Shown in pieces: positions 48,057-58,460 of a DNA stretch of 58,460 bases. The notes under the pieces are model-generated. The model made no database searches, was not told where the DNA came from, and worked only from the letters and a program-made list of their open reading frames with translations. The translations under genes and the position numbers were made by a program. The number at the start of each line of letters is the position of its first letter. Position 1 is the stretch's first letter. The stretch spans positions 1 to 58,460 of the forward strand of contig JAQGDQ010001089.1 in assembly GCA_030141605.1 (NCBI GenBank), read 5' to 3'. The DNA is from Tubiluchus corallicola. Lineage: Eukaryota; Animalia; Priapulida.

Positions 48057-49181
48057 TACAGAGACCAAATCTCTTTATGTAGTCATAGGGGGTCAATATG
48101 TGGTCGTAGGAATTAGGCTAATTTATTAAAGATAATGTTTACCAATATCGTTATTAGTTCATCAGTACTGAAACATGTTTATTCTAATACTTAAATTTTT
48201 CTCAATTTTACAGTTTTGACTCTATTATAGGTTGTATACTGGCTTCAATTTAGGCATACCTGTAACATTTAATAAAAGTAGAGAAATTGGTCCAATAATT
48301 TTAGGTAAATTCAATGATACCAACTGACCAATTTCTGTCCCAATGGTCACAACTTCTGCAGAATAAGAACGTGTATTAACATAAACCAACTTAATGACCA
48401 TAACTTGTTCGAGAAAGGAAGTGATAAAAAAGTGCGCATCAATGCGAAGAGGACAAACAGAAAGAAAAGTAGAAAGAGAAATGAAGCAGAATGTTTCTGC
48501 TGCCAAAAGTGTATTAATGAATCTATCGCCATTTTGAAAAGGGGTTGTTATTTGCAACAATGCATTGTGGATTAAAACAAGTGGTCTCCCATTATAATTA
48601 TATTTGTTGCTACTTTTAGAAGGAATCCATTACATCCTGGCGCCATCTTCTGGAGAACTGTGGAAAATATTCACAGTTTATCACACTAAGGTACCATGAC
48701 TTTTAAAAATCTTGCTTGATTCATACATTCCACAATTTCCCTGCTAACTTTGATTGAAGATATTTAATGTGCACTGTTAAAAAATTGGTCGGGAAAAGAG
48801 AAATTCATCCATTGAATAACAATGATTCGTTGTTTGTAAGAACTCAATTGTGACGACTTGTTGGAGACAATTCAGATGTGCAGTCATACACCCATTGTTA
48901 AACACGCTAGACTTAATAAACAAATTGTTTGTTTGTGAACCGTAGCATTGTTGAGAAAATTCCAACTGGGACCATTTTGAAACGAATACAATTCTTGGAA
49001 TGTAGACCTAGGCAGTTACATAACAATGTTATGAAAATGGTAGTTAACTGCACCTATTATGAACATGTATAATATGTAGACGTCTATTATTGGAAATTTA
49101 ATTCAAATTTTTTTACAGCAAACATCTCAACGATATTTTGCAACAGGCTTTGGACCCTAACTCATTTCTATATAGACTGGC

Positions 49182-49662
49182 AGATTATGAAATAGACTGG
49201 CACTTCATCTTATTTGTATAACATTATACAGACAGATTACGAAGTAGAGTGGCACTTCGCCTTATTTGTATAGCATTATATAGACAGATTGCGAAATACA
49301 CTGGCACTTCGCCTTATTTGTATAATATTATACAGACAGATTATGAAATAGACTGGCACTTCATCTTATTTGTATAACATTATACAGACAGATTACGAAA
49401 TAGAGTGGCACTTCGCCTTATTTGTATACCATTATATAGACAGACTGCGAAATACACTGATACTTCGCCTTATTTGTATAATATTATAAAGACAAGATTA
49501 TGAAATAGACTGGCACTTCACCCTATTTGTATAATACTACATAGACGGATTATGAAATAGACCAGCACTTCACCATATTTGTATAACATTATGTTAGCAG
49601 ATTATGAGATAGAATGGCACTTCACCTTATTTGTATAACATTATATAGACAGATTATGAAAT
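49182..49662. repeat. 52-bp minisatellite, ~9 copies
   Basis: Unit AGATTATGAAATAGACTGGCACTTCATCTTATTTGTATAACATTATACAGAC. Confidence 0.9.
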
Positions 49663-49976
49663 AATGGATTAAAAATAAACATAAAAGCACAAGTCTGTGC
49701 TAATTGCAAATCTTATTCGATTTTCAAAACAACAATAAACATTTTATTGAATATAATAAATAATAACAAAACCATTATATAACTTTAACGCTCAAGCATA
49801 AAACAGAACAAGAGACAGAGAACAATACATTATCTTTATCATTAAAATACATACGAGTATCACAAGCTTTTGTTATCTGTGAGCCTACTACCATAAACAT
49901 TTCTGATAGTTCGTCATCATCATAGCCATCATCACCGTCACCATCACCATCATCGTCACCGGCATCATCAGCAACT

Positions 49977-50149
49977 TCAATCATAAGCTTCCGGAAGCGT
50001 GGGATATGTGGCCATGCGCAAACGTTCCACGTAGTTCTCCATCGTTGCCAGCTTTTTTGTCATGTGCTTCACGAGTGCTGCCATCTGGCTTCGCTCGACG
50101 ATATCTTGCATGCGCTGCCTCTGTACTCCCAGCATGTTGACCTTCCCCT
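49977..50149 (-). CDS. Probable terminal coding exon of an unidentified gene (helical C-terminus)
   Basis: GC-richer non-repetitive open frame ...GKVNMLGVQRQRMQDIVERSQMAALVKHMTKKLATMENYVERLRMATYPTLPEAYD*. Strong acceptor TCTCGCCTTCTCTTTCAG (alternative CTAATTTCATCTACAG would start the exon at 50218). AATAAA on the minus strand near 49743. No upstream exon identified. Confidence 0.5.
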
Positions 50150-51319
50150 CTGAAAGAGAAGGCGAGACTGAAATCAGATCGTCGCTTGCAGTACTAACTG
50201 TAGTTTTTTTGAACATTTCTGTAGATGAAATTAGATTATTCGTGCATTGTGATAGACAGGTTTCCCACAGGATTTTGAAATAAATTTCCATGACTTTTCC
50301 CTGACCAAATATTGATTTTCTATCACCAAGATAAGCACAAATCGCATTACCAGTACACATTCATACATTTTTGTGTAAGGACATTCATACATATACTCAT
50401 ACATGTTTTGGCCAATCATTACTTTTTAAACAGAAATCTAAACTGGGAGCCTGATATAGCAACATTTTATTCTTGAACACGAATCAATGAAAAAATTGTT
50501 TGGAAAAATATCGGTTCACTGTGATTATTTTTGCAACGTTTTCCAATTTCCTTGACCTTTTGCCCCATTTTGCCCGACTTTTCCATGATAGCCCGTATCT
50601 TCCAGGATAGTCCCTGACCGAGGGAAACCTAGAGTGTGAAACCCACGGTCGACGTGGAAATGACAGAATGGATGGTCCAAAGTGGCAACTGCGAAACAGT
50701 GGCAGTAGCAGCAGTAACAGCAGCAACAGCAGCAGCAGCAGCAGTAGCAACAGCAGCAGTAGCAGTACCGACAGCAGCAGCAACAGCAGCAGCAGCAGTA
50801 GCAGTACCGACACACACAGTGCATCCCCCACTCACATGTGAAATTTCTGCCTGTCTATCCTCCTTTGGAAGCCAATTGGCTCCTATTTAAGAATCCCTGA
50901 TCTATATTAATGATTTTCAAAGCACTAGAAAACACTACTCATAAATGAAGCTTAAAGATTGGTTTTCAAATTTTGTATCACTTTTCATGCAGAGCTTGTA
51001 TCAGCAGTAACGCTGTATAAAGATTCTAATTTTAAACTCTTGCGACGACCGCTAGGCACAGCCATTTTGACATTTGAAACAAGTTTAGATGAGATTGTGC
51101 AGCATTAGAAAAAAAACAATCAAAGCATTCATAGCACTCTTCACTAACTAAACAAATTTTTAAATTACTTAAGATTGTCAATAAGATCAACAATTGCATT
51201 TTTTTCAGTAGTGCACACTGGGATGGTGAGCCAATAACGTTTTAACATTTGGCGTGAATATTTTAAATTATTAAGAATTTTTTTGCAGTTATATAATTCG
51301 TCCAAACAGGTAAGATTAA

Positions 51320-51968
51320 AGAAAAACCGGGTGATTGTGTAAACACGAGTTCAAAATAAAGAAAATATTGAAAACTACAATAGCTTATTTTAAATCATAC
51401 TTAGATTAAATAATAATTACCTCAGATACTTTTGTTAAACTTTCAAAGCTACTCGCGGCTCAGTGAATCTACTAAGATTGGCAACGGCGCTGTTTTGTCA
51501 CGTTCGCGTGGTCGACAAATAGAAGGTGGTACCGTGATAACCATGACCATGAATTGCTGTGCCAGCTTCTGACGTCATATGATGTAGAGCCCATTTTCGT
51601 CACATCACGCGTTTCAGCAGTAACACTTACGCAAACGCGCTTGACGCACAAGGGAAGATGCCTGCCATTGCACAAACTGTATTTAGTTTCCGAAGTCTTA
51701 TGACGTAGAGCCCGTTTTCTTTACATCATGCGTTTCAACAGTAACACTTACGCAAACGCGCTTGACGCGCAAGGGAAAACGCCTGCCATTGCACAAACTG
51801 TGGTTAGTTTCTGACGTAGCAATGGCTGTGTTCGGTTGCCGTTAATTAACTTTCTAAGCTAATTATTCAAATATAAGAAACAATTGCTAACTTTTATAGG
51901 CAAGAAAATATATATTTTGGACAGTAAATTTAAATGAGATTGAGTCTAAACAATCGTCCGGTTTTCCT
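51320..51968 (+). mobile_element. Kolobok-like MITE family A, copy 3 (with internal ~120-bp tandem duplication)
   Basis: TTAA|AGAAAAACCGGGTGATTG ... CAATCGTCCGGTTTTCCT|TTAA. Confidence 0.85.
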
Positions 51969-52400
51969 TTAATGCTAAGTAATATAACTTTTTTGTATGG
52001 AAAGTTTTTCTGGGACGTGGATAGTCTAAAAATTTCTTTCTTTCCAGCCCAGCAATAAGTCGAACTGAGCATCAAACAGCAGACATTGATAAAATTTCAA
52101 AACACACTAACGAATAAGATAAGTTAATAAACCTTTTGCACAGTTCACGACGGCAATTATCAGTGGACGTGAACATAGTGGTAATGACAGTGGCAACGGT
52201 AATGGCAGCCATAAATATAATAATTTTCATCTGTTTGATGATACACTGCTGTTGTTATGGTAGTTTCACGTTTGAATGTTTGACTTGCACGTGAACTTTT
52301 ATAAAACTCTTTCATTTTGCTAGTTATAGTTATAAAGTGGAAAATGACAATTTTGATGATGATGATGATAATGATAATAATAATAATAATAATAGTAATA

Positions 52401-52432
<32 letters not shown>

Positions 52433-52477
52433 AATGATAATAATAATAAATTGTAAAAATTATAATAATAATAATAA

Positions 52478-52524
<47 letters not shown>

Positions 52525-52537
52525 TAAAAACAACAAC

Positions 52538-52568
<31 letters not shown>

Positions 52569-53150
52569 GTTAAAATAGATAAGAATAGTTATTAAAGTTA
52601 TAATAGTTAAAAAGATAATAATCCAAATTGTAATGTAATAATGCATGCTGAAGTGATGGTTAATTACAAAATTATTACAATAAATTATTATTATTCTAAT
52701 TCTGATTTCGGACGATGGGTGTGATTTGTTTACTCGTAACCCTAATTTCTGCAGAAGGGCACCACCAGAAATTAGGATTACGAGAAAACGAAGCAGTGTC
52801 ACATGTTCACTTGGTGGGAGGGCTTTACGCGTGAGTGTTATTCTTTTGCGTGTTCTATCGCGGGGAAGGGGAGGGATTGCGAAATGATTAAAACAAAAGG
52901 TAAAGGAAAGGGTTAACTGCAAAAAAGAACACCAAACATTTCATTTTTCGGCTTTTAAAAATATTCTTCAAATAAAATTAATTTAATTAGACAAATTTAA
53001 TAAGCTTAATAAAACACTTATAAATTTGAAGGAACAAATTGTCGTTATCAGATTAAAATTTAATATTTTTACTTGATTTTTCGAATTGCAAAGTGAAAAG
53101 CTTTGACATACAACAAGAAACGTTAACCATTATTATTATTTTTAATATTA

Positions 53151-53199
<49 letters not shown>

Positions 53200-53938
53200 A
53201 ATTATTATTATAATAATCATCATCATCGTCGTCGTCATCATCATCACCACCATCACCATCATCATCATTATCATCATCATTATGATCAACATTGTCATCA
53301 TCATCGACATGATCGTCGTCATCATCAACATTATCATCATTATGATCAACATCATCATTATCATCATCATCATCATCATCAACATTATCATCATCATTAT
53401 CATTATTATTATAACAAAACAAAAATAATATAGAGCTACTGACTGAAACACCAAATCCAAATCGTCAGAATTAATTAATCCCACTTATTAAATCCTTGAA
53501 TGTAATTTTCTGAGCATTAAATGCACCACGACTTAAAACTTGAATAATTTTGTAAGACTTGCAAATGTCAAATATATCGTGGCTTTTATGCGAAACATCA
53601 AAATAAAATTTCAGCTGCTTCAGCTGCTGCTTTATTATTCTGACTCTGTGTCATAAATTTTCATATTCCTTGTAGAAAAGTTTATAGGTTCATAAAACGG
53701 CAACACGGGTAATCTTTGACAACATTGTACGGTTACCTGATCAGCAAAACACAAGCGTTAGAAAGCGGCCAATGAACGAAATGGCTACATTGAATACATT
53801 GTGAAGCGAAGTAATAGCCGAGTGGTCACGATTTAAACTTAGCAACTGTACTTGAGAATGACGTCGAGCCTGATCAGTGATTGGATGTGTGTTTGCCTGG
53901 TTTAATATTCGCTCTGTGTGGTTTCATTTGTAAGGCTG

Positions 53939-53978
<40 letters not shown>

Positions 53979-54045
53979 ACTGGTGCTTAAAGGAAAACTG
54001 GACCCCATCTTAAACTATAACCTAAACAATCTACCCTGTAAAATA
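52433..54045. repeat. Left arm of large inverted duplication
   Basis: Reverse complement of 56826-58460; mirrored ORF-track entries (53053-53484 minus vs 57403-57840 plus). Confidence 0.95.
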
Positions 54046-54718
54046 ATTCAGGTTACATTTCAATATTCAATTACACGTCCGATCAGCTAGTAAAATGTTT
54101 AGTAGACTATGTAGTTCTGCAACAAACTTTAGGGAATGCCACTGGATGGATGACCTGATCTGAGTTTATGAAAAATGACGTTGTAAACAATGGCAGGTCT
54201 AGGGTTGGCGTGTAATTCTTCCGTTATATGCCGGTAATAGAAGAGCTAATCCAATAATAGTGTTATTGACGCTGGTTTTTATTGCAGCATTAATCTTGCT
54301 GTTAATGACGGCAACAAAAGCAACAGTCATGAGCAACGGTAACTGTTGCCGTCACTTGTAACAGTGTCTCTGAATTTACTGCTAGCAAAAATGTCAATAA
54401 ATTTACTTCTTACCTTTTATTTCTTCCGGGTGATTTAGTAGTTAATGTAGCTTAATTTAAGATAAACTGTTAGATGAGCACAACTCTTGCAAACTGTTCG
54501 CAATCTTACGAATTTTTGCTTTCTGTGTTGCGAACTGTTTTGCTAATGAAAAACTCACTTTTCGTTTTCCCTGATTGAGCGAAATTTTCCGCAATTTCTA
54601 GCAAAACAATTAAATCTGCTGAAGTCGTCGTTTCTCATAGTAGAAACGCTTTTATTCACCAAAACAATTTTTACCTCTGAAAATTACCGTTTGTAAAGAA
54701 CAACTATCTGCCACTGAT

Positions 54719-54769
54719 GGAGTACCACAAGGAGCTATGCTAGGTCCGCTGTTTTGCAATTTGTATATT
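54719..54769 (+). mobile_element. Fragment of a non-LTR retrotransposon reverse transcriptase
   Basis: Translates to GVPQGAMLGPLFCNLYI, matching the LINE RT motif GVPQGSxLGPxLFxxYI. No extended ORF. Confidence 0.65.
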
Positions 54770-55481
54770 TTGGAAACCTTTTTGCGCGTTTTAACGAATA
54801 CTAACAAGTCACTAATCATCTAAAGACAATATTTTGTAGTTATTACGTAGCTAGGGCCTTGTTAGTATGACAGTGAGTCGACACATCGCTGCCACGAACA
54901 CTTATTTGCGTCACTGTAAGCAAAATAACGTTTTCTGAACTTCCCAGCGCAACGTGTTGGAAAGCTCTCTCTGAAACTTTTTACCACCAACAATTAGCGC
55001 AAACTCGTCTCGCGTTCCCGCTCGCTTAGAAGAAGCCGCGGAAACACCGGGATGACTTCACTTAGGGCGCTCTCTGCCGAAAACGCTTCAGCTAGAGAAT
55101 GGCTTCAGTTGCCCGCGGATGGCAAGTCTGTCAGCTGCTGTGTATCGTATCAGGTGGTTGAAACAGAAAGCAAATCTTACGCAAAGTCTAACGTGTAAAA
55201 AGGCTTCTTTATAGCATTGTTGATAATCACTTGGCTTCGTGTTGTACATTAACAGAAAATATATGCAGGCATTCCGTGAAGCCATTTTAGAAGCAGCTGC
55301 TAGCGTTTCAGTCTTGCATAAGACCCCTATGCGGGGTTTTTAAAAGCATTCTTACGTGCACCTGGGCCTGACATCGCTGCTTTCAACAAGTGTCATTAAT
55401 GCTAATGTTTTGACAGGCAAGGCTCTGTGATCTGAGAGTTCTTTTCACGCGACGCGGTCCGCGCTGGGGATACATTTTATA

Positions 55482-55601
55482 CACTACGGCCAAATCACGT
55501 TGAAAACACTGGTTCTCGTCAGATCACTGAAGTTAAGCAACGTAGAGCCTGGTTAGTACTTGAATGAGTGACCGCCTAGGAATACCAGGTGCTGTAGGCT
55601 T
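55482..55601 (+). rRNA. 5S rRNA gene copy, degenerate (probable pseudogene or 5S-derived SINE head)
   Basis: About 120 nt: CTACGGCCAAATCACGTTGAAAACAC..GATCACTGAAGTTAAGCAACGTAGAGCCTGGTTAGTACTTG..GACCGCCT.GGAATACCAGGTGCTGTAGGCTT, matching metazoan 5S. It has CpG-type substitutions, an altered C-box (GAATGAG), no oligo-T terminator, and is a solitary copy. Confidence 0.88.
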
Positions 55602-56001
55602 GCTCACTGACTCCGGCAGCTCCTGCAGCCAACCTGGTGCCAAACGTATCGCTCCGCTTTCCTTTGGACTACACCAGGGAGGAAGAGAGGGGGTTCCTGT
55701 TGTCTGCACAACTCAGGATCTCCATACACCTTGCCCAGGCGTGCACCCTGGAGACGTTCAAGGATCCCACTGTTGAGGCACAGTCGACGCTGCAGCTGGT
55801 TCAATGAGATCAATAACTTACTCTCTTGGCGCACACTCCATTGTCTTCCGACACAGAAGGATGCCAACAACAACAACTTACAGATTATCCCAGCATGGCC
55901 AGTGGCAGAGGATAAGGAGCTATAGTGGCTACAGAAATGTGAATACAGGTTCAGAAAAGAGAATTCTTATGTCCATATTATCTAAGCAAATTGTCTTTTA
56001 A

Positions 56002-56880
56002 AGGAAAACAGGACGATTTCTTATATCCTCTCGGTCACACAGTCCTGGGTTAGGTGGCCGAATGGTTTAGAAACCACGCAGTCTTGAGTTCGATACTAGC
56101 AGCTGCCAATGCCACGATTTTTTATATCCTCTCGATCATATAGTCCTGGGTTAGGTGGCCGAATGGTTCAGAAACCACGCAGTCTTGAGTTCGATACTAG
56201 CGGCTGCCATTGCCAGGGTGCAATACTCTACATGTTATTTGTTATTAATATGTTGCGTCCTTACTGTTGTAAGTGTAAGTGGCTAAATAGTCTTTAGTGC
56301 TAGTCTGTCTTTCTGTCCTGCCCCATTTTGAAGTACTGTAAAAATATGCTTTTTAGCACCTATAATAACGCCAAACGATTTCTGGTAATTAAATAATGTG
56401 TTAAATGTTAATCAACCGTGGGCGAGCCCAACTACTGATGACGTCACAAACTAACATAACAAACTAACGTCACAAACAAGCGTGTTGCACGTGTTTGCGT
56501 AAGCAAAAATTTAAGTACAGTGCTACTGTAAGATATTCCGTGCGTTGTATTAAACTCGGAAAATATTCAAATTTAAAATTCAAATTTCAAGCAGTCCGCT
56601 CTGCTCGCGCGCTCTTGAACGTCGTGCTCTACGTCACAACTGAACAGCTCTGAACTGAAAGGTACAGGCCTGTTTTGTGCAACTTTTCGAGATGGAGGCC
56701 ATCTAACTACCAATGACAAAATACTTTTAACGGCAAGTACTAGCCATACGAACGCTAAATTACGTTTCTGTTGTAATAATTGTTTCATGTAAGACGTTCT
56801 TGAAAAATAAAATGCATTCTTTCAATATTTTACAGGGTAGATTGTTTAGGTTATAGTTTAAGATGGGGTCCAGTTTTCCT
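56002..56880 (-). mobile_element. Kolobok-like MITE family B copy carrying a tRNA-like/SINE insertion
   Basis: TTAA|AGGAAAACAGGACGATT ... GGGGTCCAGTTTTCCT|TTAA. Family B interior at ~56330-56880; inserted A/B-box sequence from ~56040. Confidence 0.75.
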
Positions 56881-56892
56881 TTAAGCACCAGT

Positions 56893-56950
<58 letters not shown>

Positions 56951-57693
56951 CAGCCTGACAAATGAAACCACACAGAGCGAATATTAAACCAGGCAAACAC
57001 CCATCCAATCACTGATCAGGCTCGACGTCATTCTCAAGTGCAGTTGCTAAGTTTAAATCGTGACCACTCGGCTATATCTTCGCTTCACAATGTATTCAAT
57101 GTAGCCATTTCGTTCGTTGGCCGCTTTCTAGCGCTTGTGTTTTGCTGATCAGGTAACCGTACAGTGTTGTCAAAGATTACCCGTGTTGCCGTTTTATGAA
57201 CCTATAAACTTTTCTACAAGGAATATGAAAATTCATGACACAGAGTCAGAATAATAAAGCAGCCTGAAGCAGCTGAAATTTTATTTTGATGTTTCGCATA
57301 AAAGCCACGATATATTCGACATTTGCAAGTCTTACAAAATTATTCAAGTTTTAAGTCGTGGTGCATTTAATGCTCAGAAAATTACATTCAAGGATTTAAT
57401 AAGTGGGATTAATTAATTCTGACGATTTGGATTTGGTGTTTCAGTCAGTTGGTCTATATTATTTTTGTTTTGTTATAATAATAATGATAATGATGATGAT
57501 AATGTTGACGATGATGATGATGATGATAATGACGATGATGTTGATCATAATGATGATAATGTTGATGATGATGACGATCATGTTGATGATGATGATGACA
57601 ATGTTGATCATAATGATGATGATAATGATGATGATGGTGATGGTGGTGATGATGATGACGACGACGATGATGATGATTATTATAATAATAATT

Positions 57694-57742
<49 letters not shown>

Positions 57743-58324
57743 TAATATTAAAAATAATAATAATGGTTAACGTTTCTTGTTGTATGTCAAAGCTTTTCAC
57801 TTTGCAATTCGAAAATTCAAGTAAAAATATTAAATTTTAATCGGATAACGACAATTTGTTCCTTCAAATTTATAAGTGTTTTATTAAGCTTATTAAATTT
57901 GTCTAATTAAATTAATTTTATTTGAAGTTTATTTTTAAAAGCCGAAAAATGAAATGTTTGGTGTTATTTTTTGCAGTTAACCGTTTCCTTTACCTTTTGT
58001 TTTAATCATTTTGCAATCCCTCCCCCTCCCCGCGATAGAACACGCAAAAGAATAACACTCACGCGTAAAGCCCTCCCACCAAGTGAACATGTGACACTGC
58101 TTCGTTTTCTCGTAATCCTAATTTCTGGTGGTGCCCTTCTGCAGAAATTAGGATTACGAGTAAACAAATCACACCCATCGTCCGAAATCAGAATTAGAAT
58201 AATAATAATTTATTGTAATAATTTTGTAATTAACCATCACTTCAGCATGCATTATTACATTACAATTTGGATTATTATCTTTTTAACTATTATAACTTTA
58301 ATAACTATTCTTATCTATTTTAAC

Positions 58325-58355
<31 letters not shown>

Positions 58356-58368
58356 GTTGTTGTTTTTA

Positions 58369-58409
<41 letters not shown>

Positions 58410-58460
58410 TTATTATTATTATTATTATTATAATTTTTACAATTTATTATTATTATCATT
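56826..58460. repeat. Right arm of large inverted duplication (runs off the window end)
   Basis: Near-identical reverse complement of 52433-54045, with scattered substitutions and microsatellite length differences. Confidence 0.95.

Noticed and set aside
46365-48096. 19-aa repeat proteins of 213-275 aa
   Set aside because: 57-bp satellite with frameshifting 1-bp deletions and no gene structure.
50836-50885. Candidate small minus-strand exon upstream of the orphan terminal exon
   Set aside because: Joining its donor to either candidate acceptor creates an in-frame stop (TAG or TAA).
52317-57840. Poly-I/M/D/N ORFs
   Set aside because: AAT/GAT microsatellites within the inverted-repeat arms.

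Overview
AT-rich, repeat-dense nuclear DNA from an intron-rich animal, probably an invertebrate; the taxon cannot be fixed from the sequence alone. I spliced five protein-coding genes by hand. Two are tandem + strand paralogues encoding secreted Spaetzle/neurotrophin-like cystine-knot proproteins (832-6045, 5'-incomplete; 10755-16689), largely missed by the ORF track. The others are NEIL1 (-, 5 exons), SF3B3 (-, only 2 coding exons) and AMACR (+, 6 exons, C-terminal SKL), which lies head-to-head with SF3B3. There is also a probable orphan terminal exon (-, ~50.0-50.2 kb), a degenerate 5S rRNA copy fused to a LINE-like tail, and a >=1.6-kb inverted duplication whose arms carry a pre-miRNA-like hairpin. 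Introns contain TTAA-targeting Kolobok-like MITEs, Tc1/mariner-type MITEs and minisatellites, several of them amplified exon-intron junctions. Best candidate for an undescribed system: the furin-site, 9-cysteine Spaetzle-like ligand pair. All homology calls come from recalled family motifs, not from database searches.
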